Shown: piece by piece, positions 50,101 through 63,126 of the stretch
Position numbering within the stretch: position 1 is the first letter of the stretch
How the letters are laid out: the number at the start of each line of letters is the position of its first letter
From: Haliotis cracherodii
Taxonomy: Eukaryota
Assembly (NCBI RefSeq): GCF_022045235.1
Contig: NW_027266308.1
Location: 39,122,001-39,186,000 of the forward strand
DNA length: 64,000 nucleotides
Direction: 5' to 3'
Program-made: the position numbers and the translations under genes
Notes under the pieces: generated by a model
Seen by the model: only the letters and a program-made list of their open reading frames with translations
The model's database searches: none
Told to the model about the DNA's origin: nothing

Positions 50101-53100
50101 GTCTGTCTAAGGAACTTCACATATATCAGGTACATGTTGTAGGATGTATGGAATAATTTTATGGACTCTGAAGGATTTACTTTGTGGTTGCATGTATTTG
50201 AGAGAGGTTAAATCTGTTTAAAGTATGTATTGTGTGATTTTCCTTGCACTTCTCTTTGCTCGGAATGAGAACTCTTTAGTATAAGAAGCAACACTGCTGT
50301 GCTAAATCTTAACGGGCAGTAACCATGGTAACTGATGGTTTTCAGGCACATCTTCATCTTCACAGCCCTCAAGCCAACAGCTAGATTGCTCATTGACATG
50401 GTGTACACAAAATCTCCTGAAAAAATCAGGTATGTCTGTAGAAGCACTGGTACTGTGACATGACTGATGGTGGTTCAATCTGGCCTAACAGTGCAGGGTA
50501 AGAAATTGGCACTGGTCCTGTTGTCCTTGCCAAAGTACCCACTAGTTAAGATATCATAAGGATCAGTAGAAATTTGCCTTTTTTAAGGGTTTTGCTATAT
50601 GTTAACATTATAAGGACTAATGGACTAAAAATGTTAGTTTCTACCACTGCAGTGTGGACCCATGCTGGTTTGCCTGACCTTTGTTTGGTTTGTAACAGGT
50701 CGCGGTTATATTGCTGAAATATTGCTGACTGCAGCGTTTTATAACACTCACTCTCAGTTGAAGTCACGTCATTGAATCAGTCCCCTGGCTCATCATATCA
50801 TTATTCCCCAACGTGGATCATTGTTCAGGCTATCCATATATGAGTATTAAGAGGGAACTGTACTGACTTTGTTGGAAACATCGTTCGATCAGCTTCTTAT
50901 AAGTGTGTAAAGTGTCATGGTTGGTTCAATGTTGGCCACAGTCAAAAATATTCCAGCTATGTCACGGTACCATGTTAATAACCTGGGCCAGATGAAGCAG
51001 TGGATGATATAATGAACTGTTTCCTACACCGTCTGTGCAGTCAGCCAAATCACTGAGTCTGACCAACCCATGCACTTGTTTCGCCTCTCACAACAAGAAG
51101 TGCCTTAGAACATTGGCGATCTTTTCTAGCCTTGGTTCCCACAGGCTATGAGTTTCAAAAATGTGTCATATATAACTTTGTGTTTCAGTCATCTCCGAAT
51201 AGACAGCTTATCCCAGATCCTGCAGTACGCCAACATCATGGCCGGCATCAACGTCGCTATTGTCGACACACTCCAGGGGCTGGTTGTTGGGTCAGTGATG
51301 GAGAGAATGGGAGGTAACTCTTGCTGCTACTTCAAATTTAAGCAAAACGGGTATGGGAGCTTTTGTAATAATTATGTTCACAGATATTTACCGAAAAATG
51401 TTGTTTTAAGGTATAGTTTGATTATGTTTTAAGTGTATCAAATATAATAGGTATTTGTATGTGTTGACTATTCAAGGGATTTATAGAGGGAGGGGGAGAT
51501 ATTTGGTCCCAATTCGACATCAAATGTTCGTGAAAATTACGAAATAGGAATTCAGAAATCCAATTTACGATATTATAGTTGTGGCCATGTAACCTTTGCA
51601 GACATAGCAGAGTTGACTTTGTTGCTGTGATCCCAGGACTAAGAGCATGAAGATAAAGGGACTTTGATGCTTAGTTTTACATTATTGAATTGAATGCAAC
51701 ATATAATATAACACCACTGAATTTTAGAAAAAAATGATTTTGAAAAGTAATGAAAAAATTGAACGAAATAACGTTTTTTTCCAATTAACCTGCCATCTGC
51801 CCTTAGTTTGGAATCTTAGATAATTCCTGGCTGACTGGTGTTTTCCTGCTGCCTGTCCATGTTAAATCTGAACTGTGAAGATCCGAGGTAGAATAGGTCT
51901 TCAGCAACCCATGCTTGCCGTAAGAGGCGATTATGCTTGTCGTAAAAGGCGACTAAGGGGATCGGGTGGTCAGGCTCGCTGACTTGGTTGATGCATATCA
52001 TCGATCCCAATTACGTGGATCGATGCTCATGATATCAATCACTGGACAGTCTGGTCCAGACTCTATAATTTACACACCGCCGTCATATAGCTGGAAAATT
52101 GCTGAACGTGGCGTTAAACAACAAACCAAAAGCAAAAAAAAGCATGTTCAATCTTTACACGCTTCTCTACAGGTATGGGGAAGGTTGTCCAGTTCTACCC
52201 AGGATCTGATCTCAACAGGTAAAACCTTGTTCATTGTCTTTATTTGTTTTGTCCTTGAAAATTCCCTGAGGTTCATCCATTTGTATGTTCCCTCTGATTA
52301 TTGTATCAGATGTTCTACACTGTTAGTGAGTGATTGAGTGTAAGTCACTGTTTAACAATATTCCAGCAATATCACAGCAGGGGACACCAGAATTTGGCTT
52401 CACACATTGTACCACAACCACAAGGATATACCATGGCCCCTACACACAACTGGGGACCGCCTCCATGGTCTAGTGGTAGAGCGTCCGCCCAGAGAGCGGA
52501 AGGTCCAGGGTTCGATCCCCGACCGCGTCATACCAAAATATGTTAAAAGATAGTACTTGTTGTTACCCTGTCTGGCGCTCGGCATTAAAGGGCTAAAACA
52601 AGGACTGGTCGACTCAGAGTCAGTATACTGTGTCTGAGTGGGGTATTCATTGTTAAACTGCGGCATGGTATCTCAGTGTGCTAGCACTATAAATCGGCAT
52701 CAGTCTGGACTAGTACAAGCAGCCACACACACACGTGCATGCACATCGCTATATAAGTGCAATAATCTTGGACGTGACGTTAAACCCCATTTCACCTCAC
52801 CTCACACACAACTGGACTCTGACTGCACAGTATTACCCATACACTCAAATACACTGATACAAAACCTCAGCAATACGAATTGTGATACAATCTAAATGGA
52901 TCAGTAGGTTGAAGAAATACGCTCATAAGTGTATTTATGTGGGTTTTATTAATAATGAAATATATGGAAATCTCAGACAAAAAATATTTTCCAGTATGCA
53001 CTGTTGTTTGTCACTGTGTAACCTCCCTGATTTAAGCATCACTATGGTAACAAATGGCAGATGAAGCTCTTGGACAGAGGATTGTACCCAACAGAATGTG

Positions 53101-56100
53101 AAAAGCTGATGTATGGCACTATTTTGGTCTTGAAAATTAAAGGGAGTTTTGAAAGTGGAAGGAAGGATAGCAATATGTCTGCATTATATATTGCAGTACA
53201 AATTCCTGACGAAATACTAGCTCAGACCTGCTTATTGGTCAGTTATTGAAAGGAAATGTTTTTTGAGTCAACAAGGTTCCTATTTGATCAAATTAATTTC
53301 ATTTCATTTTGACTTTCACATTGTATTTGTTTTCTCATTTACAGGCATGTGTTGAATTTCTTCGACTTCCCATCAGAATTCAAAGACAATTTGTACAATT
53401 TTGGTCTTAAAAACTTACAAGAGTTAAAGACTCGTGGACAAGAATCTGTCAGAGATATGAAGAGTGACACTGAAGAGAAGGGAGATAACTCTGGAGAGAA
53501 AGGCTGTGACAGTAGTGATAATGGTGCTCCAACTCAGGACAGCCTTACAAAGACAGGCGGTAGTCAGGCTGGGGAAAAGAGGAAGGGAGATAACTCTGGA
53601 GAGAAAGACTGTGACAGTAGTGGTCAAGAACGTGCTGAGTGCCTTGATATAAAGATGGCGACTGCAGAGAAGGGAGATGACTCTGGAGAGAAAGACCGAG
53701 ACAGTAGTAATAACAGTGGACAAGACCGTGCTGAGAGCCCAGATATAAAGATGAAGACGGAAGAGGGGGGAGATAACTCTGTAGAGAAAGCCTGTGATAG
53801 TAATAACAGTGCTCCAAGTCAGGACAGCCATAAGAAGACAGATAGCATTCAGACTGGGGAGAAGAGGAAGGGAGATAACTCTGAGGTAAATTATGTAACA
53901 GCATACTACCTACCTACATACTACCTTGTGAAGCAGTGCCGTGGAGTAAGGAACAATTGTCATATTTAGGGAGTTTTTCATATTTTAGGAAGTTTGTTTT
54001 CTGTTGCAGAAAGTGGAAAAGAGACTGGAAAAAGCCAGAATACAAGATTATGTGAAAACTCTCATTTTACAGAAGGATTTTGATTGGTAAGAATAAACAG
54101 AGCATATTCATGGGCACCCCCCTTTTTATTTCGAAAAAAATCTTTATTTCTGTATAAATTACCACCAATGACAATAAATAGATCTTAATTGTGCACCCCC
54201 CTTTTCAAAAAAGCTGTATCCGCCCATGATATTGATGATATTTACAGTAACTACGCTAACATCCTGTACATACCACAATGTGTCCGTTAACAGCATTCAA
54301 TGATTTTATCTTTGTAAAAGTATATTGTAGTCATGCTACAGACTAGCCCATTTTTTCTGGAGTAAATATTGCAAAAGTTAAAACATTGTTTGGTTAAAAA
54401 TAAGATTTAATTCTTTGTAAAAATAGCCTCAATTTAACTTTGATCATATTTTCCTCATCACCTTCTTTTTCTCATATACCTTTTGGTATATTGACCAATA
54501 CAGAATTTCTAAAAGAAAATAAATGGTCAGGTTCATTGTTGGATTTCATTTAGAATTATTCTATCGCATCTGAGAATTCTGTTCAGTATTCTTACAGTAG
54601 AATCTAATGGTAATGGCATCTGTTTTGTCTGTAGTTTGATTGTGGCCTGCAAGCACCATCCCACACCTATAGTGCTGGCTCTGCTGGAGTATGTTGGCCC
54701 ATCGCGTCCCGTGGTGGTGTACTCTTCTTACAAGGAGGTAACTTTTCTCCCCAACTGACTTCAGCGCCTTTCCTTAGCTTGCTGTATGTAACTAACAAGG
54801 GTATCAAGCGGTCAAAGTAGCGGTCAGTATCACTGAAACCTTTCAACATTTTTCAACGAAACTTGGCATATGCATTGCTCATCAGCTTAACTGGTGCCTT
54901 TTGCTCTTTTTTTATTTGTTTCCCACCCAAACTTTACAGATAGTCAGACCGCCTCTGTCGTCTAGTGGTAGAGCGTCCGCCTGGAGAGCGGAAGGTCTGG
55001 GGTTCGATCCCCAACCGCGTCATACCAAAAGACGTTTAAAGATGGTACTTGTTGTTACCCTGTCTGGCGCTCAGCATTAAGGGGCTAAAACAAGGACTGG
55101 TCGGCTTGGAGTCAGTATACTGTGTCTGAGTGGGGTATTCATGTTAAACTGCGGCATGGTATCTCAGTGAGCTAGCACTATAAATCGGCATCAGTCCGGA
55201 CTAGTACAAGCAGCCACAAGTACATGTAAGTCGCTATACAAGTGCAATAATCTTGGACACGACGTTAAACCCCATTTCACCTCACCTCAGCTTACAGCTA
55301 GTCATACATGAAACCATCATCTTTCCAGACTATAATTTGCTATTATTGTTTCTTGGATTTACAAACATATTTACAGGAATAACTTGAACTAATGTATAAA
55401 AACTAAGGACGGGGGAGACATATGATTTTGAGTAAAAACTCATTCTAGTTACATAAGGTGCATTTTATCCATGTTCTGACGGTCTGAGGTTTTCCCATTG
55501 TCCTGATGTCTCGGGTACTTGCAGGCTCTGATGGACTGCTACAACTGTGTGAGGGAGCGAGGTGGCGTGCTGAGTCTCAGACTGACCGAGACATGGTACC
55601 GGGAGTATCAGGTAGGATGCCACGGGGGCTAGTAGGGCTGACTGTCACTATTGCAATACCAGGAATGTTCTTTGAATTATTTCGTTCCTTAAACAGTATT
55701 TGTATCATGCTACAACATGTTGCCCCCGGCTCTGTAGATGAAGACACAAACTGCTAGGGTACAATTTGTCTATGCAGGGGACATGGTATACCTCCCTACC
55801 TCATTGACCCAACTATGTAGATGACAGGGAGGGAGGGACTCCTCCTTTACTCACTCAAAAACCTACTCCCAGCTAGCAGTCAACAAACTATGCAGATAAG
55901 GGGAGAGGGAGGACACCTACCTCGATCTCACTCACTCACTCAATCACTGTGTAGCTTACATGTACTCCCAGCTCGCACCCACCCACACAACTATGCAGAT
56001 GGAGAGAGGGGAGGACACCTCACTCACGCCCTTATTGTATAACCTACAGGTACTCCCAGCTCTCACTCACTCACTCCCTCATTGTATAACCTACAGGTAC

Positions 56101-56755
56101 TTCTAGATTTCGCTCACTCACTCCCTCATTGTATAACCTACAGGTACTCCCAGCTCTCACTCACTCACTCCCTCATTGTATGACCTACAGGTACTCCCAG
56201 CTCTCACTCACTCACTCCCTCATTGTATAACCTACAGGTACTTCTAGATTTCGCTCACTCACTCCCTCATTGTATGACCTACAGGTACTCCCATCTCTGT
56301 CACTCACTCCCTCATTGTATAACCTACAGGTACTCCCAGATTTCACTCACTCCCTCATTGTATAACCTACAGGTACTCCCAGATTTCACTCACTCCCTCA
56401 TTGTATAACCTACAGGTACTCCCAGCTCTCACTCATTGTATGACCTACAGGTCCTCCCAGCTCTCACTCATTGTATAACCTACAGGTACTCCCAGCTCTC
56501 ACTCACTCACTCCCTCATTGTATAACCTACAGGTACTCCCAGCTCTCACTCACTCACTCACTCATTGTATGACCTACAGGTACTCCCATCTCTGTCACTC
56601 ACTCCCTCATTGTATAACCTACAGGTACTCCCAGATTTCACTCACTCACTCCCTCATTGTATAACCTACAGGTACTCCCAGCTCGCACTCACCCCACCAT
56701 GCAGATGACAGGGACTGGAGGATACCTACTGACATTCACCACTGTCAGCAGCTGA
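47146..56755 (+). CDS. TRMT6: tRNA (adenine58-N1)-methyltransferase non-catalytic subunit, ~525 aa; exons 47146-47228, 47806-47954, 48872-48978, 49451-49542, 50346-50429, 51189-51313, 52173-52218, 53345-53885, 54010-54086, 54635-54737, 55525-55611, 56672-56755
   Basis: Gcd10/TRM6 motifs: IQEGDQVLLKR, GKDNRDL..NQKLSQDDI, NSETFENKTEYSQRKY, HLRIDSLSQIL, ERMGG, LIVACKHHP, PSRPVVVYS.YKE, ETWYREYQVLPARTHP.M..GGYLL; phases consistent (1578 nt); alternative in-frame ATG at 47122; AATAAA at 57305. Confidence 0.95.
47408..47585 (+). mobile_element. SINE-like family A (3' part)
   Basis: Family consensus. Confidence 0.8.
48257..48528 (+). mobile_element. tRNA-derived SINE family B
   Basis: Family consensus with A/B boxes and tail. 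Confidence 0.88.
51875..52130 (+). mobile_element. SINE-like family A
   Basis: Family consensus. Confidence 0.88.
52457..52804 (+). mobile_element. tRNA-derived SINE family C, full length
   Basis: GTCTAGTGGTAGAGCG A box, GGTTCGATCCC B box, (CACCT)n tail, TSD CACACAACTGG. Confidence 0.9.
54109..54228. mobile_element. Small MITE with CA..TG ends and 5-bp TSD (hAT5-like)
   Basis: ATATT|CATGGGC...GTATCCGCCCATG|ATATT; inverted second copy at 60723. Confidence 0.75.
54949..55289 (+). mobile_element. tRNA-derived SINE family C, full length
   Basis: As 52457; TSD TTACAG(A/C)TAGTCA. Confidence 0.9.
56031..56690 (+). repeat. 35-47-bp minisatellite built from the TRMT6 last-exon splice acceptor
   Basis: 15 occurrences of ATTGTAT(A/G)ACCTACAG|GT, the last being the functional acceptor. 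Confidence 0.95.
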
Positions 56756-57599
56756 GAGAGCACCAGGAAGACAAAGCAGCAATAACTCACCTTAGGAGAG
56801 ACAGCCGTGAGAGAGGTTCACTTGCCAGGGGGGCTAGTAGTTGGACACTCGTTGACATACATTCTGGCTAACATGGCTAATGATAACTGTTCACCAACTT
56901 AAAAAGTGGATCCCAGAAATATTTTGAGAGTTAAGGTGGGGCAAATGGCCTTCTACATATGCCTTCCAATGCACATTGTTGCTCTACCTCTAGCGTTCTA
57001 GTTTCTACTGCTGGAGAATTGCCATTCAGATGATCATCGCCACCAATTGACATTCAGGAGCCGACACTGGAGCCTTTGGGAGCCTACTGTTATTTTAGTG
57101 GGGCTCTGCCACTGTGAAGAGACTTTCACACAAGCTGATTTGATTCCGCATCTGGACCTTGTTGTATTTATCAAATTGGGCACTTTGTGTTGATGATTTT
57201 ACAAAAGAAATAGGTTGTATTGTTTTATCTTTTATCATAATAGATATTCTCTCCATCCTGACATAATTGTGTTTACAACTTGTCCAGTTTGAGATCATCA
57301 TATGAATAAAAACTGAAGATATGAAACATGTAATTCTATTGCTTGTGTTGTTTTTTTAAGAATCATATTGAGCCATATGTACATATACTACACAAAGTTT
57401 GCTATGGATGACGACTCTAAAAGGCAATACGTCAAATTGTGTGCATCCATTGAAATAGCCCAAGACAATATTGCATGAAGACATGTGTAATGACAAAAAG
57501 TCTGTTGTCATGTGCCACCAAATGCCAACAAACAACATGTGAACAACGATAACCAACGATCATGAGACCAAAACTGAAAAAAATTACAAAAACAAATTC

Positions 57600-58527
57600 A
57601 TTGTCAAAAAATAATAAAAACCATGGTAGCGTGTATGAGATCCCTGCGATTTGATCTCATACTCTCAATAAGTGTCTGGATGGTTGCCAAGAGTGTTTCA
57701 CTCTTCAGTAAGAGCATCGCTGAGTTCCTGAATGTGTGTTCGATAGGGATGAGGCCTGGTGACCGGGCTGGCGGCTCCATGCATGGACTCCTGCTCTAAG
57801 TAGGCATCAACGCCCCTGGCACGATGAGGTGGTGTGTTATCGTCCATGAGGATGAAGTGCACCAGCATATGGTCTCACATATGCATCCAGAATGTCATCC
57901 CTGTAGTGCCCACCTGTCATCGTGCCCCGCTGTAGGACATGAAGATCGGTTCTTCCAGCTCGACTGATCCCACACCACATGATTAAGCTCCCACCATAGC
58001 GGTCATGTTCGGCTACATTGAAATCTTTCTCCTTGTCTATGCCACACTCAGGCACGAGGATTTGTGAAGTTCAGACAGGATCTTGGAATTATGGAGTAAT
58101 ATTTTGGCTGGACTATTTAGTCTATGAGTCCAATCGAACAACCGTAGCGAAATCGACATGTGGTTCATAAAAAACATCACAACTGCTGTGCTGAATTGTG
58201 CACCATCAACTCGGTGTTGACATATTTTTCAAATGTTTTCATGTTGTTCATCAAGGTGCGCAAGTGATGTGATGCACATGGCAATGTAGCAAATGTTGTG
58301 CTATCTGATGATGACGTGCAACGATTCTTTCACAATTCATCCAAACAAAGGTTTTTTAAGCACCTCATGCACATCGTGCCGATGACTGCATGCCTCTGTC
58401 CGTTCATCATGAAATTTAGGTCCTATTGGGGACCCAATCATTATATACCGGGATATTTCAATCTTTATTTGGTGATTATTATTTTTTATGTCATCAAAAT
58501 ATGATCCTTAACAAACTTTGAGTAGTA
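57600..58527 (-). mobile_element. Degenerate Tc1-family transposon remnant
   Basis: Minus-strand translation HDRYGGSLIMWCGISRAGRTDLHVL..YRDDIL..VRPY and DNTPPHRA; boundaries approximate. Confidence 0.8.
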
Positions 58528-59386
58528 TGTGTTCATGTACTCCAGATTTATTTGTCCACACATATTGTTTTACACACTGAAAGTATGGTTCAGTTTAACA
58601 CTAAACATTCCCATCTTCATTTCCACACACTGATTATGATATTGCACGGATTGGTTCCTGTCAAAACTTGCATTGCATCACCTTGCTTTAGAAAGATTGA
58701 TTCTTCCTGATATAAATTGTTCAGAGTAAGTGAGTATAGTATTTTTACGCCGCTTAAAGCAATATTTCAGCAATATCACAGGCTTCACACATTGTACACA
58801 AATAGTGAATGCAACTATTGTTAGACGTAGAGCAAAACCCTACTCACTCATTCAAACTAACAGATTATATCCATCAAAATGACACAAACTCAGGTGATTT
58901 TTTAATCATATTTATTCATATATTTGGTGGAGTAAGTAAAATATAACTGTAAAAATGTAACTAATTATATTAGTCTATTATATTCACCATATCTGAATTT
59001 CTACAACCATGCAAACTGAAGAAATTACCTCAACAGAAACAACAACTCAAACATTCATCTACATTCTCCTAGCTCTGGTGTATGTCCCCTACTTGCTCCA
59101 CGACCACCTTAACATCAGATGGATATTCACAGCAACCTGCAAGGGAGGTAACTCCATTTGTTAATGTGTGAAGCGAGTAGAGCATCATACACAACTAGGT
59201 TTCTAGCCTGATTCAGCAATAAAGGAACATTTCATAACATTTTGGCACACACAAAACAACTGGCCTGACAATGTAAATGACTGTTTGACTGTTTGACTAT
59301 CTGATATACCTATATGTTGATGTGTTCACTAATGTCACTAAATGCTCAAGATGACCCCAGGCAACATGGTGAGTGAGTGAGTGAGT

Positions 59387-59620
59387 TTGGTTTAATGCCG
59401 CTTATAACAGTATTCAAGTTATATCACAGCGTGTTAACTTAATGTGGGAGGAAAGCCCAAAGTGATGCAGGTCTCAGATGTTTACCACTTCGGTGAAACC
59501 CACGAGTACGGGTATGGTGCTGACAAACCTAGAAACATAAATGGGGTGAACCGGGATTCGAACCCACAATGATAGGTTTCTGGCGTGCCCGTGGAATGCC
59601 TTAGACGACTGGGCAACCCG
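59387..59620 (-). mobile_element. tRNA-derived SINE family B (internal deletion)
   Basis: Family consensus preceded by (GAGT)n. Confidence 0.85.
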
Positions 59621-60722
59621 TTTCAGACAAACCTTAAAACTAAGCAGTAAGGCAGCAGATCAAAGTTTAATGTTGGATTAAAATCTTTTAATTAACCACA
59701 TTACCAGGTCTGCAAGTTATCCATCAAGGGGTTTTTACAGTCAATGAATAACCGTTCAGAACATCATTTTTTTTAAATTAACGGCATCTCCAGGTAGGTA
59801 TTAAAACAAATTGAGTTGAAATGCTGTCAACTTGACATGATCGCAAGCTGTTTCACCACCAGTCTGAGAAATGATAAAGTAGGATTTACGATCACGTAAG
59901 GGTGACGGTACGTCTTCCATACAACACTGAACTTTAAATTGCTCCCTTGTACATCATCACAGTATTTTGAAACAGGGAGACAACTACTCTACTTTTGAAT
60001 CGACAAAGTCATAACTGATTTGCCTCCTTTAATAAAGTGTCACTGAGTGTCCGAAATTGAATGTACCATAATTTTGACACAATTATATCAATAGAATACT
60101 TTCCACATCAACCACTGATATAAGTCTTAAATGTACCTGGATCAGTCTTAGATTGTCATCTATCGTCATGTCTGTACCGTAACATTATGTAAGTCTGGGT
60201 TATCAAACACCACCATAATCACCCATACAACCTGGCACTTTTCAACTTAAATGACCAAAACAAATAAACTTTGCCACCGTGGAAGCACAGTTTAAAGATG
60301 TTATAACCTGAAAACCCTTTGTATGTGGAACACCCACAGTTGTATATTTAAAAAATATTTTGCTTGTTTACCAATCCGTATTTGCTTTATTAATTAAAAA
60401 TATGTTTACCCCAGAACCTTTGATTTCAATATCAGCCTTATATGTGCCAAGACGACATTACATTTGTTATTATCAAACATGATTATATACAAACCCTACT
60501 ACCTTAAAAAATATTCCAATATGACTTTGGCGCAGGTCACTTAGTGAGATCTTCAATAGAATTAAACAGAATATACTAAATACAACAGAGCCCATATGTG
60601 ACATGAGTAAATAAAATTCATAATATAACAAAAAGAATAAAAGAAGCATGAAAACATGGCGCAAGAATATAAAACAAATATTGCACAGAGTGAATAATCC
60701 AATACACTGGCCATATCCACAG

Positions 60723-60848
60723 CAGAGGCGGATACAGCTTTTTTTAAAAGGGGGGGTGCACAACTAAGATCTATTTATTGTCTTTGGTGGTAATTCATAC
60801 AGAAATAAAGATTTTTTTCGAAATAAAAAGGGCATGTATCCGCCCATG
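60723..60848. mobile_element. Small MITE, second copy (5-bp TSD)
   Basis: CACAG|CAGAGGCGGATAC...GTATCCGCCCATG|CACAG. Confidence 0.78.
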
Positions 60849-61655
60849 CACAGCATAAAGTCACACAAGTAGAGGGAGGCTACTCTACAAGTAAAGGGAG
60901 ACTACTCAGGCAAAGTGGCTGTTCCAGCCAAATGTTACTTTCTTTGCCAGGTAACTTACATGAATTTTTATCATTGATTACTCTCATTCCTGATTATCCA
61001 GTGTATGATATCTTTTTATAATACCCTGGGCCCATTTGCCTCCATAGCTTCAATTGGAGTTTCATTGCACCACATCAATCTGTTTGAAATCAATAACCAA
61101 TCAAAATACCTCTTCTGAATATAATTTGGGCAAAGATCTAGATTCAAAAGCGATGCTTCGTTTGAGCAATTCTTCAATTAATATATAAACCTATTCATTG
61201 GGATTGCTATCAAGAAAGAGAGACTTCTTTCTATAGGCATTAAAACCTATTGTGAGGTTTTACTTTTCAGTCGGGTTAAATCTCATAAACAGGGACGTTG
61301 TAATGTCCCAGGGATATTATATAATGTCCTGGGTCTTTTATTAATATAACTTCCGTTCAGATTGTAACATGTAATGAAATGTAAAATCAAATGACAAATG
61401 TTTTCTTTATACTCCCGAGGATCGAACTCGCAACCTTCATATCTGTAGCCCAGTGAGTGTACCACGAGGCAACAGAGGTGTTGATAAGCCTCACTGGATT
61501 TTAGAATGCCCTTTTCAAGATCCGTACTCCAGCAACAGATATTTTACGCGCGTTTCCTAAGGTTCATGGAAAGTATGTTCGAAGCATAAAAATGTTGATA
61601 AATGTTGTTTTAAGTTTCTTTTTTCGGTTTATTAGCATGGAAAAACACTTTCCTT

Positions 61656-61753
61656 GGTTTTGGTAGACAGAGCATGCCCTGGGGGTCGGGAATAAACCGG
61701 GGGGGGGGCTCGGTTTTTCCCTCTCCCCAGGGCATGCTCTGTCTACCAAAACC
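61656..61753. repeat. Near-perfect 98-bp inverted repeat
   Basis: GGTTTTGGTAGACAGAGCATGCCCTGGGG (61656-61684) and its exact reverse complement (61725-61753). Confidence 0.9.
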
Positions 61754-63126
61754 TCGTGAGCGTGTTTTCTCCAATACATAATCGACATCAGAAGAATGAT
61801 AAAGGGCTGTTTTGTTGGGAAAGACTAGGGAGAGAAGTCCTTTTGCTACACGACATTCCTGATGTAATTGGGATGGCATGAAAAATCCAATCGAGTGCTT
61901 GGTTCAATCAGGTAAGAACCATGTAATCTGATTGGACATCTATTTTTGGCCGCGTGTCATTTAAACTGGACACAAAATAAAGGTATGGTGAAGAATCGGT
62001 CCAAGGTATTTATCACAATAACATGGAAATTAAACTCACTGGATAATCGAGGATATATATAGCACACAGACAACATCTCTGTTTCACACAAGACACTAAT
62101 TACAAGCTCTGGACAGACTAATAATGTGAAGTTCTAACAAACTGTGAAGAATAGTCTCCCCTTAGCAATCCCCAATCAAATGATAAACTGTACTTCCTTC
62201 ACATAGCTTGGGCCAAGAGCAGGCATACCAAGTGACTGGTATCAGGAAGACAGTGACCTGAATAACACCAGCTTTCAAACCCAGGCTGCCAATATGTAAC
62301 TGAACTGTAACTGATAATTGTATTTCAGACTGAGCAGAATATAAAACCTTGAAGGCTACAGTACCTTGCTTCAGGCTGGCCTACACCTTCATAACAATCT
62401 CATTACAATCAGATATGTTACTCCAATGCTGAACCCTTTTGACAGTCCAATCTAAATGAAGGATGCAGGGTTCATCAGCCAATCAGATGACAGTTTTCTA
62501 AAACAATTCCACTTCATTTGTTTACATCTTCCAGTTGGAATTTTGATTACCGGTATAACAAAAGAAATCCCACACAGACCACAACTGTCCCTTTGATGGT
62601 ATTACGTTATGGATGTAGATGGCATGGCGCTCAGAAACAACTGGATGTAAAACATAGCAATAACAAAGTAATTGCGCTACCTTTATTAAATATCTAGTTT
62701 TGGAACCTTCCATTTGAGTTTGCTTCTGAGATACAGAAATCAGATATGCTGCTTAATACGCTGCTTCCTCACTCGTACCAAGATTAGAAGTCTTGACACT
62801 GATTGGATGATTTGAAAGGTCGCTGGCTGCAACCTGTGGAGGGATGACAAATATTCACTCAGGCATCATATGGAAGTAAAAGATCTGAATTAATGAGATT
62901 GCCTTCACAGCAAGCCATGGCCACCCAGTACTATAAGACAGCTGCCCAAGAGTGTCTCTGCCTCGTCTAGTTTTGAACTCAGATACAGCTTAAGAGGACA
63001 ATCATGCCTCGGGAAGATTACCAGACACTACAGTCAACTGTAGCAATAATTCCAGGTACCAATCCAGAGGTATTGCTTCTCTGGAATCCTACTGATCAAA
63101 CTGACATAACCTGTTCACCCAAAGCA

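Noticed and set aside
52457-52530. tRNA genes (also 54949, 21809, 31512, 61417-61466)
   Set aside because: The tRNA-like heads continue into SINE bodies, several with TSDs, or are fragments; no complete cloverleaf seen
53424-53904. Antisense 135-aa and 119-aa ORFs
   Set aside because: They are shadows of the repetitive TRMT6 exon 8
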